The notes under the pieces: generated by a model
Databases searched by the model: none
Told to the model about the DNA's origin: nothing
What the model saw: only the letters and a program-made list of their open reading frames with translations
Assembly (NCBI RefSeq): GCF_037042905.1
Contig: NC_087250.1
Span: 13,456,001-13,520,000, forward strand
Length of the DNA: 64,000 nucleotides
DNA from: Lytechinus pictus
Taxonomy: Eukaryota
Direction: 5' to 3'
Shown here: positions 46,760 through 59,874 of the stretch, one piece after another
How the letters are laid out: every line of letters begins with the position of its first letter
How positions within the stretch are numbered: position 1 is the first letter of the stretch
Made by a program: the position numbers and the translations under genes

Positions 46760-48505
46760 AAGGCAATTTGGAGAAATTGCAGGCCCTAAACCTAATTTAA
46801 CAAAAACTCATGCAATGTCAATTTTCCCTCAAGATGAAACCTTTAGAGATATACAATGGACAAATGATCCAGTGAAATACCTTGGTATTTTTGTAGGTAC
46901 AGATAAACGTAAAAAAGAAAGAATGAATTGGGATACAAAATTAGTTAAGATTCAATCTATAATGAACATCTGGAAAATGAGAAATTTAACTATATTTGGC
47001 AAAATAGTAATACTTAAATCTTTGATAATATCACAAATTGTTTACCCTGCAACTGTAATACACGTGCCAAAAAACCTGGCACGGGAGTTAGAGAAAATGA
47101 TGTATACGTTTATTTGGGGCTCGAAAAAAAAAGATAAAACGAAATGTTTGTATTAATTAATTTCATAAAGGAGGATTAGATATGATAGACTTAAATTCAA
47201 AATTATCTTCATTAAAAAGTTCACGGATTTCAAAATATTTAAAATACGATGATCAACCATGGATGTACTTGTTTAAATTTTGGACAGCAAAGATACGACC
47301 TATGCCCTTGTGTCTCCGTTTCAATTGTTCGAAAAAAGATATGTTAATTGTATGTATGAAAAAGCAAATTCCATCCTTTTATACATATCTATTATGCTCT
47401 TTGTATGACACACGAGTTACTGAATATCACAATATTAATAGTAAAAAACACGAAATTTTATGGTATAACAGTCATATAAAATTTGAAAGAAACCTTTTAT
47501 ATTTCAATAGATGATCCGACCACAATATCTTTTATGTTCACCAATTATTACGTAATCATGCCTGGAAACCTTCCGAAGAAATTTTTGAAATAGTAGCTTG
47601 CAAATCAATTTTAGTCGAGTTTGAATATTCAAAGCTAAAAAGAGCTGTCCCAGCTGAATGGACTGCCAAATGTGACACCTTATCTTCAAAGCTTCCAGAA
47701 GTTCTTTTTTAAATTAGTGGAGGAGATATTGTAAATTTAAAGAACATGAAATCAAAAGATTTTTATGTTTTACTTGTTACCAAAAAAAAATCAGATCCAC
47801 ACATTATACAATACTGGCAATCTAAATTAGGATTACCAGTAAACTTTGAATAGCAAAATGTTTTTAATTTCAAACTAAAGTATTTAAAGTATAACAAGAT
47901 TCGACAATACAACTTGAAAATGCTTCACAATCTATTACCCTTTAAATTCAATTTATGTCGTTGGAAATTAGCTAATGACACATCTTGTATGTTCTGTGAA
48001 GCAGAGTTTTGTTCATATTATGTTAGAATTGTCAATTTAAACATAAATTTCAGAGAATTCGTTATCTTTATCCAAAAATTGGCAACAGGATTACGAAACG
48101 ACGTTGTTCATTGGATACAAAATTCACGATCGCAAGTTTACGTTGGTTAATTTCTTTATGATATTTGCAAAGTATGCAATGTACAAATACTATGTCATGT
48201 ATAAGATGCAAGGAAGAGCTTTTAATATATATTCAATTTGGTATGAGTTCAAGAAATAGATACTTTTTTATGTAAAATGGCGATTTAAATCCAATGTTCA
48301 TTTGATTCAAATGTTCAAAGAGCTTTAACCCTATAGAGAAATTTCATCTTTATTACATTTTAGATTAAATAGTTGATGTCTATTACATGTTTATATGTAA
48401 CTTGTTTTGTAACTCCACACGCACTGTGCCTCGAAGGAAATTGTTAAAATTAGAACGGAATATAAAGAATAAAGTAACTCTAAACGAGGAAAAGAAAAAA
48501 AAAAG
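46760..48505 (+). mobile_element. Decayed 5'-truncated L1/Tx1-clade LINE (RT C-terminus + Zn-finger region)
   Basis: VKYLGIF, NW..K..KI...W..RNLTIFGKIVILKSL, GGL.MIDL, LHNLLP..CMFC; several stops and frameshifts; AATAAA and A-rich tail. Confidence 0.85.
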
Positions 48506-48738
48506 ATTTATTATAAAGGGCTCAGCAGCCAATCATAATCAAGCTTTCCATGTTAGTTGCTATAATGGCAAACTTACAACAGTTGTAAGTCCTTTACGAA
48601 ACGGGGGCCTCGGAGGTCAAAGAAAATGACCTGAGAGTTGTGCGCTTCATTAAAATAAATACTGTCATTCTTTTACAATCAAAGATCCAACCATATTAGA
48701 TTATCGTTTTTTCCCAAAGTAATGTAATTCAGAACTTA

Positions 48739-49054
48739 TACCTCGGTCACATTTGCTCTACGGCGGCCGTACGGCAAGTCGGAAACAGCCGTACGTTTAA
48801 CAGTTTTGTACACATTTGCTCTACGGCGGCCGTACGGCAAGTCGGAAACAGCCGTACGTTTTAACAGTTCTGTACCAGCTACATGTAGGTGGTTTGAATA
48901 AAAATGAATAAAAATGAAAATGAATAAACGTCGACTGTTTTGTACCAGCTACATGTAGGTGGTTTGAATAAAAATGAATAAAAATGAAAATGAATAAACG
49001 TCGACTGTTTTCGACTCGCCGTACGGCCGCCGCAGAGCAAATGTGACCGAGGTA
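48739..49054. mobile_element. Harbinger-like MITE with two internal tandem duplications
   Basis: ~40-bp TIR TACCTCGGTCACATTTGCTCTACGGCGGCCGTACGGC; TTA TSD. Confidence 0.85.
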
Positions 49055-50012
49055 TTAATATGTAAATGTGTTTATTAATTTCTCTTTGTATATATGTTTA
49101 ATCGTTTTATGATTTCTGTGTACTGAATCATTTATTTTTATTATTATTTATTTATTTCTATTTGTTTATCTCTTTATTATATATCATTTTTTATTCATAA
49201 AAATGTACTTATAAAATGGGGCCGTCACCCTACAAGCTCTGCTTTTTAGTTGGTCTCCTTCCCTTTCGATGTCATGGTATTATTGAATTATAAAAAATGC
49301 TTTAAATGTTATATTTTGTAAATATGTATATTGAACTATCCGCATTGTAAATGTAAAAAGATTGAAAGAGGATATAAATGAATTGAATTGAACCATTATA
49401 ATCTCCCTCTCTCATTTCATTGTTTTGAGATGATATGATGGTATTTTTAATCAGGGTTATCATTAATGCAATGCCAACAACTTATCATTGTAATAATTGA
49501 TAATGATGGGGCATGATAAATAATCATCGATATAATATTAATAACAACAATTACCATGAAACTAAAGTATCACTATAATTATTATGATTATCAAGGTTGT
49601 TATTACAATCCGGGCCTGGAAACTTTAAAATTCTTGTTAGTGGTTTGGGCTTGGGATGGTAATAGGCCTATATTATCAATGGGGAACGGCTGGGCTTCAA
49701 AATTTAGAATTCAACAAACACCACCCCGTTACGTGAGTCGCAGACACACATGGCATTAAATTCAATACTTGTGACCTTCGGAACTTTAATTGCAATGAAT
49801 GTGTAATAACTAAAGCCTTATTATAATAGCGCGTAGTAGAGTCTAGATCTAGAGCGTGGTGTCATACCATAACCATAGTCATAAACGCACCGACACCTAT
49901 ATAAAATGAAATCCTGTAAGATTGCTATACGTTTAATAACATACGGGACAGGAAGTGTAATAATAAAAATAACATACCCACTAGTCTCAATTAAAACAAC
50001 TTTGAAACTTAC

Positions 50013-50080
50013 GTTAAGGTTCCGGGTGTTCCACGAGTGATCAACTGCGCCTGTTTCGATGATTTGCTGTGTGTGCTGAA
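50013..50080 (-). other. Putative non-coding first exon of the minus-strand TRIM-like gene
   Basis: Perfect donor AAC|GTAAGT (minus, intron starts at 50012); no ATG in the exon; non-repetitive island; TF sites immediately upstream. TSS position approximate. Confidence 0.45.
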
Positions 50081-50089
50081 GCTTGAAAG

Positions 50090-50119
50090 GGGGACTTCCC
50101 CATTTTTTGATGACGTAAT
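50090..50119 (-). promoter_or_regulatory. NF-kB site (GGGGACTTCCCC) plus adjacent CRE/bZIP-type site (TGACGTAA)
   Basis: Exact match to GGGRNWYYCC at 50091-50100 and TGACGTAA at 50111-50118, just upstream of the putative first exon. Confidence 0.45.
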
Positions 50120-50234
50120 GCTTCATGACGGATGGTGGGAGAGGGCGCCTCCCCATCCTCCGTACTCCGTTAGGATAGGGGGGGGGGGTGTTTAGGACCG
50201 GATCCAGGATATTGACCAGTGATCAGAGGGCGAT

Positions 50235-50830
50235 CAGAGAAACAAAAAAGAAAGAAGTAGAAGGGAAGAGGAAAGAGAGGGGAAAATGTGAAGGAATATT
50301 GAGAAAAAGAGAAGAAAAAATAAAGGAATGTGAAAGGGAGAGAGGCTAGAAAATAAGGAAAGAGAAAAATGAGAAGGGAGAGAAGGGAAAGGGAGAGGGG
50401 AAGAAAAGGGAAAGAAGGTGGGTGAACGAGAATAAGAGAGAAAAAGAAAGAAGGGAATGAAAAGGAGAAGGGAAGGAGGGGAATAAAGGAAGGGGAAAAA
50501 GAGAAAATAAGAAATGGAAGGTGAGCGGAGAAAGGAGAAAAAAAATAGAAGGAAGAGAAGAGGAGAAGCAAAAAGCGAAAAATGAAGGGAAAAGGAAAGA
50601 GGAAATACACATGAAACAAGAAAAGGAGAAGGGAGAAAATGGAAAAAGAGAAAGGAAAGAAAAGGGGGAAAGGAGACAAAGAGAAAGGAGAAGAGAGAAA
50701 GGAAGGAGAAAAAGAGAGAAGGAAAAAATGTTGAAGAGTGAAGGGAAAGAAAAGGAGAAGGGAAATGTAGCGCGGAGATAAACGAAAGGAGGGGGAGGGA
50801 TAGAGAGGAGAAATTAGCAATGGGAGAGGG
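50235..50830. repeat. Polypurine (GA-rich) low-complexity tract
   Basis: ~600 bp of almost only G/A on +. Confidence 0.9.
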
Positions 50831-50954
50831 GAGACCTTTTCCATTAGACCGCACCCCGATATCGATAGCGATTTGTCCGGGCGTTGGGGGTCTACCATGC
50901 TTCCACCCCAGTCGGAGCAGGCCGAAATTTGATGAAAAAAGAATCCTTCCCAAC

Positions 50955-51321
50955 CCGGGGGGGGGGGGCACTCGACCAAAAAAGTGGTAGGGGTGTGCCG
51001 CGGGCGAGACAAAAAAACGGAGGCCTTGGAGCGGGCTTATTGTAAAAAGGAGGGTCCTCGGAACGGGCTTCGGAACTACAAATGTTTGTGAAAACGGGGG
51101 TCCTTGCATTGGAACGGATCTCCAGCGTGTGAGTGCTATGCATCCCTATGGAACGGGCATGCGTGCATGATGCTTTGGAGCGGCTTTCTTTGTCCTTTTT
51201 CTCAATAAGACAAAGATGCTATGCCTTGGAACTGAATTAATTAAATTTGAGTGTAAAAATGGGGGTCCCCTCCGCGGCACATACCCACTATGCATTATAT
51301 ACTGAGTGCCCCCCCCCCCGG
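50955..51321. mobile_element. CCGGGGG-terminal MITE, 8-bp TSD
   Basis: TIR CCGGGGGGGGGGGCACTC; TSD TTCCCAAC. Confidence 0.8.
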
Positions 51322-54300
51322 TTCCCAACACATTACTGTTGTTATGGTTACCTCACTGGGAGCGGAAAACTGCAAACACGTCTATTGCCAACTCGTCCAC
51401 TCATCATATGGTCTACCCTCATTTAGTCAAATGCCATTCTTTACATCAACATTTCGAATAAATAACCCCTCGGAGCGTCTTCATAAGAGGGATGATATTC
51501 TCACCCTGCCTTTGTCGGGGCAGGGCAGACAGAAATTATGTATTTGGACTCAGATAGGGGTCTTTAAAGTGCTCAGGGAGTTGTAGGAGGTCCAGTGACT
51601 TGTGGTGTTTTTATAGAAGGAAAACTACTCTGTCGTGAAGTCATTGATTTGGGTTTTTTTCCGTTCAAGTGATTAGCTCCGAAATGACAAGGAATCTATA
51701 ATTGATTTGACAAAGACCCACATGATTGGGAGTTGGAACAATCGTGTGAACATTTTAATTCATGAAGAGTAAATCTACTTTATTGTTATGCAACATTAAC
51801 CGCCCTTTCACACGGTTAATAAAAGCGTAATTTGAATGATGATTCCAGTAAAAACTAAGGCTAATGGCGATTTTAGCACGTGTGAAGCCAAACTAGAACA
51901 TGATTATAGAATCACGATGCCAATCACAATCACGAAAAAAATGCTGAACGTTAAGCGAGTGGCATCATTCAAACTTGGAGTCGGCTCCATGGAATTGACA
52001 AGAAACTATAAAAAAAACCATTTCAACATGTGAAAGAAAATGTCATACCATCTCTAGCCTCAAGGGCGGAAATCTCTCCCCAAAGGTAGGGGAGATCGAC
52101 CAGGGGCTAGAAAATTTGACAGGCAAAAAAACAAGAATTCACCCCAAAATTAACGTCATCTCATCCAAAATAAATGTTTTATTTCGATTTTAAATGATGT
52201 ATTTCTTTCCATCAAAAGTAGTAGGAGGACATTTGGTATTGTGTACTCAGCTACTACTTTGGGTAGAGGGGACGCGTCCCCCTGGAATTTCCGCCCATGT
52301 CTAAGTCTGGACTCTGCTGGTCCTTTTGTCAGTTTCATTTCCGATGAAAATTATCAACTAACTTTCGGGTGACTAATGTTTTATAAAGTGCTACTCTATC
52401 ATGTCTACGTCATCAAAACTTGTATCTCTGTTGAGTGGCTCAAAATTGTTTTAAAACCTTTCTTTTTACTTCTTAATTTCTTTTTGCGCTTTGAGCACTC
52501 TACAGCTAGAGTGCACTTTATAAGACAGGTGTATTTGTTATTATCATTATTATTATTACAGTTACTGTTATCACTGTTATTATCATTATGTTGGGATACC
52601 ACCCATTCAAAACCATAGGCCCCCTATCTGCTTCCAAGCGGATATTCGTAGGTGGATAAAATGGATAAAGATTATGATCTCATGAAATATCATGAAGGGC
52701 CCTATCGATGAAAACGACCTGTTATTATTGACTTTAAAGTGAATACAATGGGTAAATAAGAGTTTATATAATTATTATATACCATGATAATACGAAATTC
52801 ATTGCCACGATCGAGTCACATTGAAAAAAAATCAGGCAAGCAGATAGGATTCGGATTTGTAAAATTGAACAGAATTCTACTGTACCTGGGAAGAGCAAAA
52901 GCAATAAATCAATAAAATTGAAGTATTTCGATGCAAAATAGTTTTCTTTCTTTTGTTTTTTCCGGAACATCTGCTTCATCGACTGAAAATTGCTGACAGT
53001 TTATAGAACCAAAACATTGGTCATTCTGCCCGTTTATCATGTTTATTTGTTTGGAAACAGACATATTTAGTTGTTTTCAAAACTGAAAACAGGAGACATA
53101 TGCAGGTTACACTCTAGCCTAGTCTAGGTCTGTACAATTTTTTTTAATAATTCTATGTAAAGTAATATTTCTCTTTAAGCCTACTTGAGGAGTTGGGAAA
53201 AAAGGCTGTAATTCTGCAATGCACGTTATAATCTGGTTCACTATGTTCATATTTTAGCTTTCGCCGGATTTTTTTTGGGAGAAATTAAAAACTATACATT
53301 TTTGGAAAGGTTTTTGTATGAGCTATCAGAAAAAACAATGATTTCATTTGCACCGACCCCTATATTAGTAGGCGGCAAGTAGTAAGAATTCCAAAAATTT
53401 TCTGTAGAATCTGATTTTTTGTGCTTATCCCCCTATTTTTAGGGTGCTGATTACGAATCTGCTTGTTGCCAAATTTATAAATGCCGTCTTAGACCGTTGC
53501 CATGGCAACGGATTAATTTTTCAAAAATTGCATGTATTCCCCTGTAAATGGTAGATAAACATGATATAAATTAGCCAATAGATTGATTTCAGGGTTCCAA
53601 TTAAATACAAATGAAATTCAAAAATATTTAAGATCATCAAATTCGTTCCAAATGGCCCGTTGCCATGGTAACGGCTCATTTTTCCTCCAGAAAAGTACAA
53701 ATTTTGATTTAAAGTTGTAGAATCTGTTTTTGTTTCATTTTCCCTGCGTTTAGGGTGTTCAACATAGGAGTGGTTTTTGCTTAATGTATAAATACACTCT
53801 CATTCCATTGCCATGGCGACCAAATAATACCTAATTTGGTTTAAAAAAAAGAAATACCATGGTAAAAAAAGACAATGGCGAGAAATACAATAAAAGCGAC
53901 CAACATGTAATCTACATGCGTTGGGTTTTTCCCACTCATTTAGAATAAAAACTACATAAGTGTTATGCATGAGTTTATTTAAATGATAGGAATTGATGTT
54001 GCCTTGAGAATGCTTGAATTTTAAAGATAAATATCAATATTGCAAATGGCCCGTTGCCATGGTAACATCTTATTTTTCTCAGAAAAGAACAAATTTTGAT
54101 AAAAACATATACATATAGTCACATTTTTTTCGTTCATTTCCGCTAAGTTTAGGTTGCTAAAAACAAATATGGTTGTTGGTAAATATGTAAGTACTATCTC
54201 AGACCATTGCCATGGCAACCAAATACCAACTTATTTGGTAAAAAATAACATGTTGAAAAAGGTAATGGTGGGATGTACAGTAAAAACGAACTAATCTACA

Positions 54301-54628
54301 TGACCAAAACAAAAAACAAAACCAAAATTACGTAATTATGCTGCATGAATTCATTAGAATGATAAAAATTGATGTTCCCTTGGGAACGCTTGATTTTATT
54401 AATAAATATAAATGTTGCAAATTGCCTGTTGTCATGGTAACGGCTCATTTTACACCAGAAAAGTTTTAATAAAAATAAGTAGAGTCCGATTTTTCTTTCA
54501 TTTCCGCCAAAGTATACACGTAGGTTGCTAAACATTGATATTCTTGTTGCTGCTGCTTTGGTAGTGGTTAAATAATTCAATTTTATATGATAAATATCAA
54601 TGTTGCAAATGGCATGATGCCGTGGTAA

Positions 54629-56505
54629 ACATCACTCCTCGCAAAGTTCCCTTCTGCAGACTTTCAACCTGAAGAAAGTAAACTGAGCAGTTTGCCATAG
54701 ATCTGGATACATATCTTCAGAACCTCCCTGCACTCCCTACTCATTGCGACACATTTTTAGAGCTGCTGAAGAAATCATCAAGGAAGAATATTCCACAAGA
54801 ATGCCGTACAAGCTATACTCAGGGCCGGCAGAAACACCATGCAGATTCGGATCCTTGGGAAAGACTCTACAAAGTCCCAATCTAGGTCCCAAGTTACCGC
54901 CGGCCAAGTGGCCAACCAGCTTCTAGTGAACAGCCAAGGTAACCCTCATAATCACCCGCGACGATCCAACCTAAAAGTGTGCGGACAGCCTGCCAAGAGT
55001 CATCTGAGTTCACAAGACCTTTCAGCATGAACGACTTGTGCAATGCTATCAAAGCAATGAAGATCAGCAAGGCAGCTGGAGCTGAATTGGATGATGTCCT
55101 CGATCTGTGAGCAGATAAAACATCTTGGACCTGTTGCACTCCAACGGCTGCTTGACATGCTAAACTACTGTCTGAGTGAAAGCACAATGCCAAACTTACG
55201 GAGGAAATCAAGGGTAGTTGCCTTACTCAAGCCAGGCAAAAAACCAGCCAATGCAAAGAGCTACCGGCCCATATCTCTGCTTTGTCACACATACAAGATC
55301 TTTGAAAGGCTCCTACTCAACCACATTGCTCCCTTGGTGAATGAGCTCCTCATTCCGGAACAGGCAGGATTTAGGCCAGGAAAGTCCTGTACTAGTCAAC
55401 TGCTGAATCTGGCACAGTACATTGAAGATGGTGGCTTCGAGAAAGGGTTGATAACTGGAGCAGCCTTTGTTGACCTCATTGCAGCTTATGACACAATCAT
55501 CTAATACTCACAAGGAAAGTCTTTGAGATGACAAAGGAAGGCTTAAGCTGACACAGATGATTCAGAGCATGCTCTCAAATCAGCAGTTTTTGTGCATCTC
55601 AGTGGTTTCAGTAGCAGATGGGTGACACACAAAAGGTCTCCCACAAGGAAGAATCATCGTCCCACTCTTTAGCATCTACACAAATGACCAACCAATCCAC
55701 CAAATAATGAGAGCTACCTGTACGCTGATGACATTTGCATTGCTTCAAAGAAACAGTCCTCTGAAGAGATGAAAAAGCACTCAGCAATGCTCTGGTAGGC
55801 CCGACTCCTTACTACGCTGCCAATCATCTCTGGGAAAATCCAGAAAAAACCCAACTCAGTGCTTTTCACCTAACAAAACAGAGATGCAGACCAGTAACTA
55901 AGGTTCAGATGGTATAGAAAATGGTTGGAACACACCAGTAAGCCAATCTACCTTGACGTCACCCTAGACAGTTCCCTTACCTACAAAGACCATGTTTCCA
56001 AGACAAAGGCTAAAGTTGGAGCAAGGAACAGCATCCTGAAGAAGCTTGCCAACATAAAATGGGAACAGATGCCAAAACCATCCATGCGACAGCTCTTGCT
56101 CTATGCTACTAGACTGCTGAGTATGCAGTCCCCATCCGTTTTAGGTCATCACAAAGATTGATACAGCCCTGAATGCTGCTTGCAGAGCAATTACTGGCTG
56201 CGACAAAACAAGAGCAGATGATCTCTACCTACTGTGTGGTATTGCCCATTCACACATCAGAAGATGTCAGCAAAGGTGGAAAAAACAAGCAAGAAGATCA
56301 CCCTCTTCATCCACCCTTTAACTATGAACCTACCAAAAAGAGATTCAAAACAAGATGTAGCTTCCTTCACTCGACTGAATCCCTTGATGGCTCTGCTCAC
56401 AATCAAAGGGTCACCCTATGGTCCAACCATCTACAGTCTGTGACGCACAAGCTCTCCTATGGACTTAGCGAATCACTTCCTAGGTTCAAGTGAGGAATGT
56501 GGAGT
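54629..56505 (+). mobile_element. Decayed Vingi/Ingi-clade LINE RT fragment
   Basis: SYRPISLLCHTYK, EQAGFRPGKSCTSQLLNL..IEDG, GAAFVDL.AAYDT, GLPQG, YADD, RNSILKKL..KW; many frameshifts. Confidence 0.85.
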
Positions 56506-57444
56506 GTAAAGATCTTTTTTTGACCATTTGTGATATAACAAATTTTATAAAAAAATAGCCAGTATGCCAATTATTCTTAGGGTTTGTGAAATTGGGGAGA
56601 ATTCAGCTAGAGACCATTTTGAGAATATTTTGGGGCATTTGCCCTAGTAATCTGACAGAAATATTGATTTAGGGGTAAAGTTTTCAAGAGATTGACATGT
56701 GACATCTATTTGCTGAATTGAATTACCCCAACTTTAAACTCCAAGGTGGCTGCCAATTTAAGGGTCACAAATGTCTATATTTTAAAGCTAAACGTTAATG
56801 GAATAAAATAAATTGCCAATCACATTCATGTATAATGTGTTTCTGGACAATTAATTGTATGAAGAAAAATTGACCATGAAATTCGTATAAAAGCTTTGAA
56901 ATGGCTGCCGGAAACCATTTTAAAAAGAAATTTTGGGTGGATTTTGCTATAAAGCTGATAAAGATATTATAAAGAATGAGTTTTATAAGGAAAAGGAAAT
57001 CAAAATCTTAAGTCTATTTGATGAGTTGAAGTGATCTTGACATCCTGAACAGAGATTGACTATGGTATAATTAAAATATCCAGAGTGGCTGCTGGTGGCC
57101 AGTTTGAAAAAAAAAAGGAATGTGGGTTGATTTGTGCTATAAATGAGCTTTTTAAAATAGCAACATGGGGATTTTTGGGTTAGGAAATTAAAATCTTAAG
57201 TCCACACAGTTAACTGACCTAAACTTGACCGCTTAATCAGAGATTACCGCCATGAAAAAATCAAACTGACAGCTGCCTGTCATTTTGAAAAATGACAACT
57301 TTAGGGGGAGATTCCATATTGATAGAGAGTTGTTCAAAATATTTATTTGGGGGTTTTAGAGTCAAGAAATCAAAATCTGAACTACCTTTGACATACTGAC
57401 CTTGCCTTTAAAACGAATCGCGGTCGGTAGCCATTAAGAAAAAA

Positions 57445-57830
57445 GGGTCATGGGTTGAAATATGGCGTTCCTCAGGGTTTTGTACTGGGACCTTTAATTT
57501 TTACTTCGTATTTATAACCACTTGGGGACACTTTGAACTGGTGTTCAGCCGCCTAGATAATAGTCACTACAGCACATTCAGAATCGAGCAGTCGGTACCA
57601 TTTCAACGGCCAGAAAGTATGATCATGTGTTTCCTTTGTTCAAAGAGATTCACTTGCTACTGGTCAAAAACAGAATTATAGAAAAAATTACTTTGTTTAC
57701 TTGTCCATTGATAACCTGACACCACAATACATTTCATGCTGGGTTTTTGTTTACACACCCTTTTCTATCCCCCAACTTAGGTCAACAGTACATAAGTTTC
57801 ACTGGTCCCAATATTCAAAATCTGTTCATG
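57445..57830 (+). mobile_element. Highly decayed L2-like fragment
   Basis: TATGGCGTTCCTCAGGGTTTTGTACTGGGACCTTTA (YGVPQG.VLGPL) plus downstream IQN/DH-like remnants. Confidence 0.5.
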
Positions 57831-57944
57831 TCCTTCTGTACAATTGTTTTTTAAAGCTTACAAACCTATGAATTTTATTTGTAACACCCACTTTATGTAT
57901 TGAAAGCACTTGAAAAGTAGAATTATTCATTTTTATAATAATAA

Positions 57945-58187
57945 ATAAAACAATATAGGATTTGTATAGTGCTCCTATATTACCCCGGCTAAGCTAGACT
58001 ACCGCATCCGGTGCTCACAGCTTTTTAAGGACTTACATCCTGCAGGTACCAATTTACCTCACCTAGCTTGAGTGCAGCACAATATGGATAAATTTCTTAC
58101 AGAAGGAAAACACACCCTGGCTGGGAATCGAACCAATATCCCTCAGATTGAAAGAAAGAGTCTTAACCACTAGACCACGACGCCCCC
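57945..58187 (-). mobile_element. tRNA-derived SINE (same head and core as 13776, different tail)
   Basis: Minus strand GGGGCGTCGTGGTCTAGTGGTT (A box), GGTTCGATTCCC (B box), shared AAGAAATTTATCCA..GTGCTGCACTCAA..AGGTGAGGT core. Confidence 0.85.
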
Positions 58188-59239
58188 ACAATTATATTGG
58201 AAAGTGCTTTGAGCATGTTTACATGAAGAAGTGCTCTAAATGTTAAAATGTATGTATTTATTTTAATAGAAAGCTGTTCAAGATAATTTAACTCCAAAGT
58301 TTATTTGGCAAATTGACATAATCCTGGCCTCCTCCTATTAGATATAACTGACCTTTTGAGGAAACAAAGTTAAAATTCTTCTATTCTTAATGTAGACTCA
58401 ATGTGGGACTTTCATGAAAAACCCATTCATTTAATAATAGAATCCTAAGGGGTTTTTTTAACCTCAAAAGACCCTTGACCTTCACCTAGTGACATGATAT
58501 CTAATTATCTTGAAAATTAATAAACCTAAGTAAAGTTTTTGATATTGATACCACAGTACAGTCAAAGTTCATTGTACATAACTTTAGCCTGAAAGTCATG
58601 CACAAGGATGTGATAGTTGAATACCTTCATGTCCAACTTTCTTGAAATAGAATTATATACGCACCCTCAAAGGTTTGTTTTTTCAGAAACTTTATGAGAT
58701 TCAATGATGATAATAATACAACATGGTCAAATTTTGGTGATCGTAAAATACCTCTGACCTTGATCATATGACAAGAAACTTGTGCAATATGATTAATTAT
58801 ATTTAATGATTACCAAATGTTTTGTTGAAATATCATAATATAGATCTATATATTTCCAAAATTATGAAAATATTTCTAAGTTTACTTTTTCAAAATGGAC
58901 ACCACCTGCCAATTTGGTTATGGCAATAATCTCAGATTAGGAGGTCAAGACCACATTGCCTCCTGACAGATTTAGAATTTTAATTCTTCAAATTATTATA
59001 TTTAACACTTTTAAGCACAAATCACCCAAAATCACTATACTCAAAATGACTATCTGCAGTCATTTTGGAGTTACAATACTGGATTTCATGTAGAATAAGT
59101 ACCATTTTTCTTCTAAAATTGTCCAGCATTAAAATGAGTGTAATTGGATAATTTATTTGAGTACATGTTACGTGGATTGGATTTAATTCTAAATTGAAAA
59201 TGGCCCGAGAGAGTATTTTTACATTAACAAGCATATGTA

Positions 59240-59874
59240 CAGTTGAGGTCAGAAGTTTACATACACCTCGGAATTTTTTAAAAAGTTGACAATTGCCAAA
59301 CATCATTAAACTTACTGTATCTTATAAAATACTTGTGCTATCATGACAAATTTGATATAAAACAAATGAGTATGTCATGCCCCTTCATCACATTGCTTTG
59401 TCATCAGGAGCTGAAAAATATTTAGGTGTCATTTTTCCAAAAAAAATCTTCATATTTTAGACGATTTGAAAATAAAAAACATCAACATTTCATATTTGTG
59501 CTAGTTACTTGTCAACACAAACATTTCAGATCACACTTTTTGTTCAGTGGTGACATATCATGATAGAAAAAGTAATATAAATCATAGATATAGATATATT
59601 TCTATGAGACGACGTTTGAAAATATATTAACAAACAATAGAATACATTTCATACGAATATTTCTATTTTTCTTTGAATAAAATTTCACCTGAAATTTACT
59701 TTAATCCCATCGGCACCCTAATCATGTGAAAGAGCTTAATATGCTCTTTCATTTGACACCGAATTCGTCATGGTAGTATTTATATTTCTGAAGATATAGT
59801 AAATTTTAGGATGTTGGCAAACGAACAAATTTCACTGAATTCCATGGGTGTATGTAAACTTTTGGCCTCAACTG
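59240..59874. mobile_element. Tc1-like MITE (635 bp)
   Basis: TIR CAGTTGAGGTCAGAAGTTTACATACACC / GGTGTATGTAAACTTTTGGCCTCAACTG; TA on the left, TG on the right. Confidence 0.85.

Noticed and set aside
50170..51109. 280/291-aa F/L/S/P-rich ORFs as membrane proteins
   Set aside because: Artefact of the polypurine tract, which lacks stops; the ORFs run across a MITE boundary
59583..59606. Second CATAG..CTATG P-like footprint
   Set aside because: No flanking TSD; lies inside the Tc1 MITE
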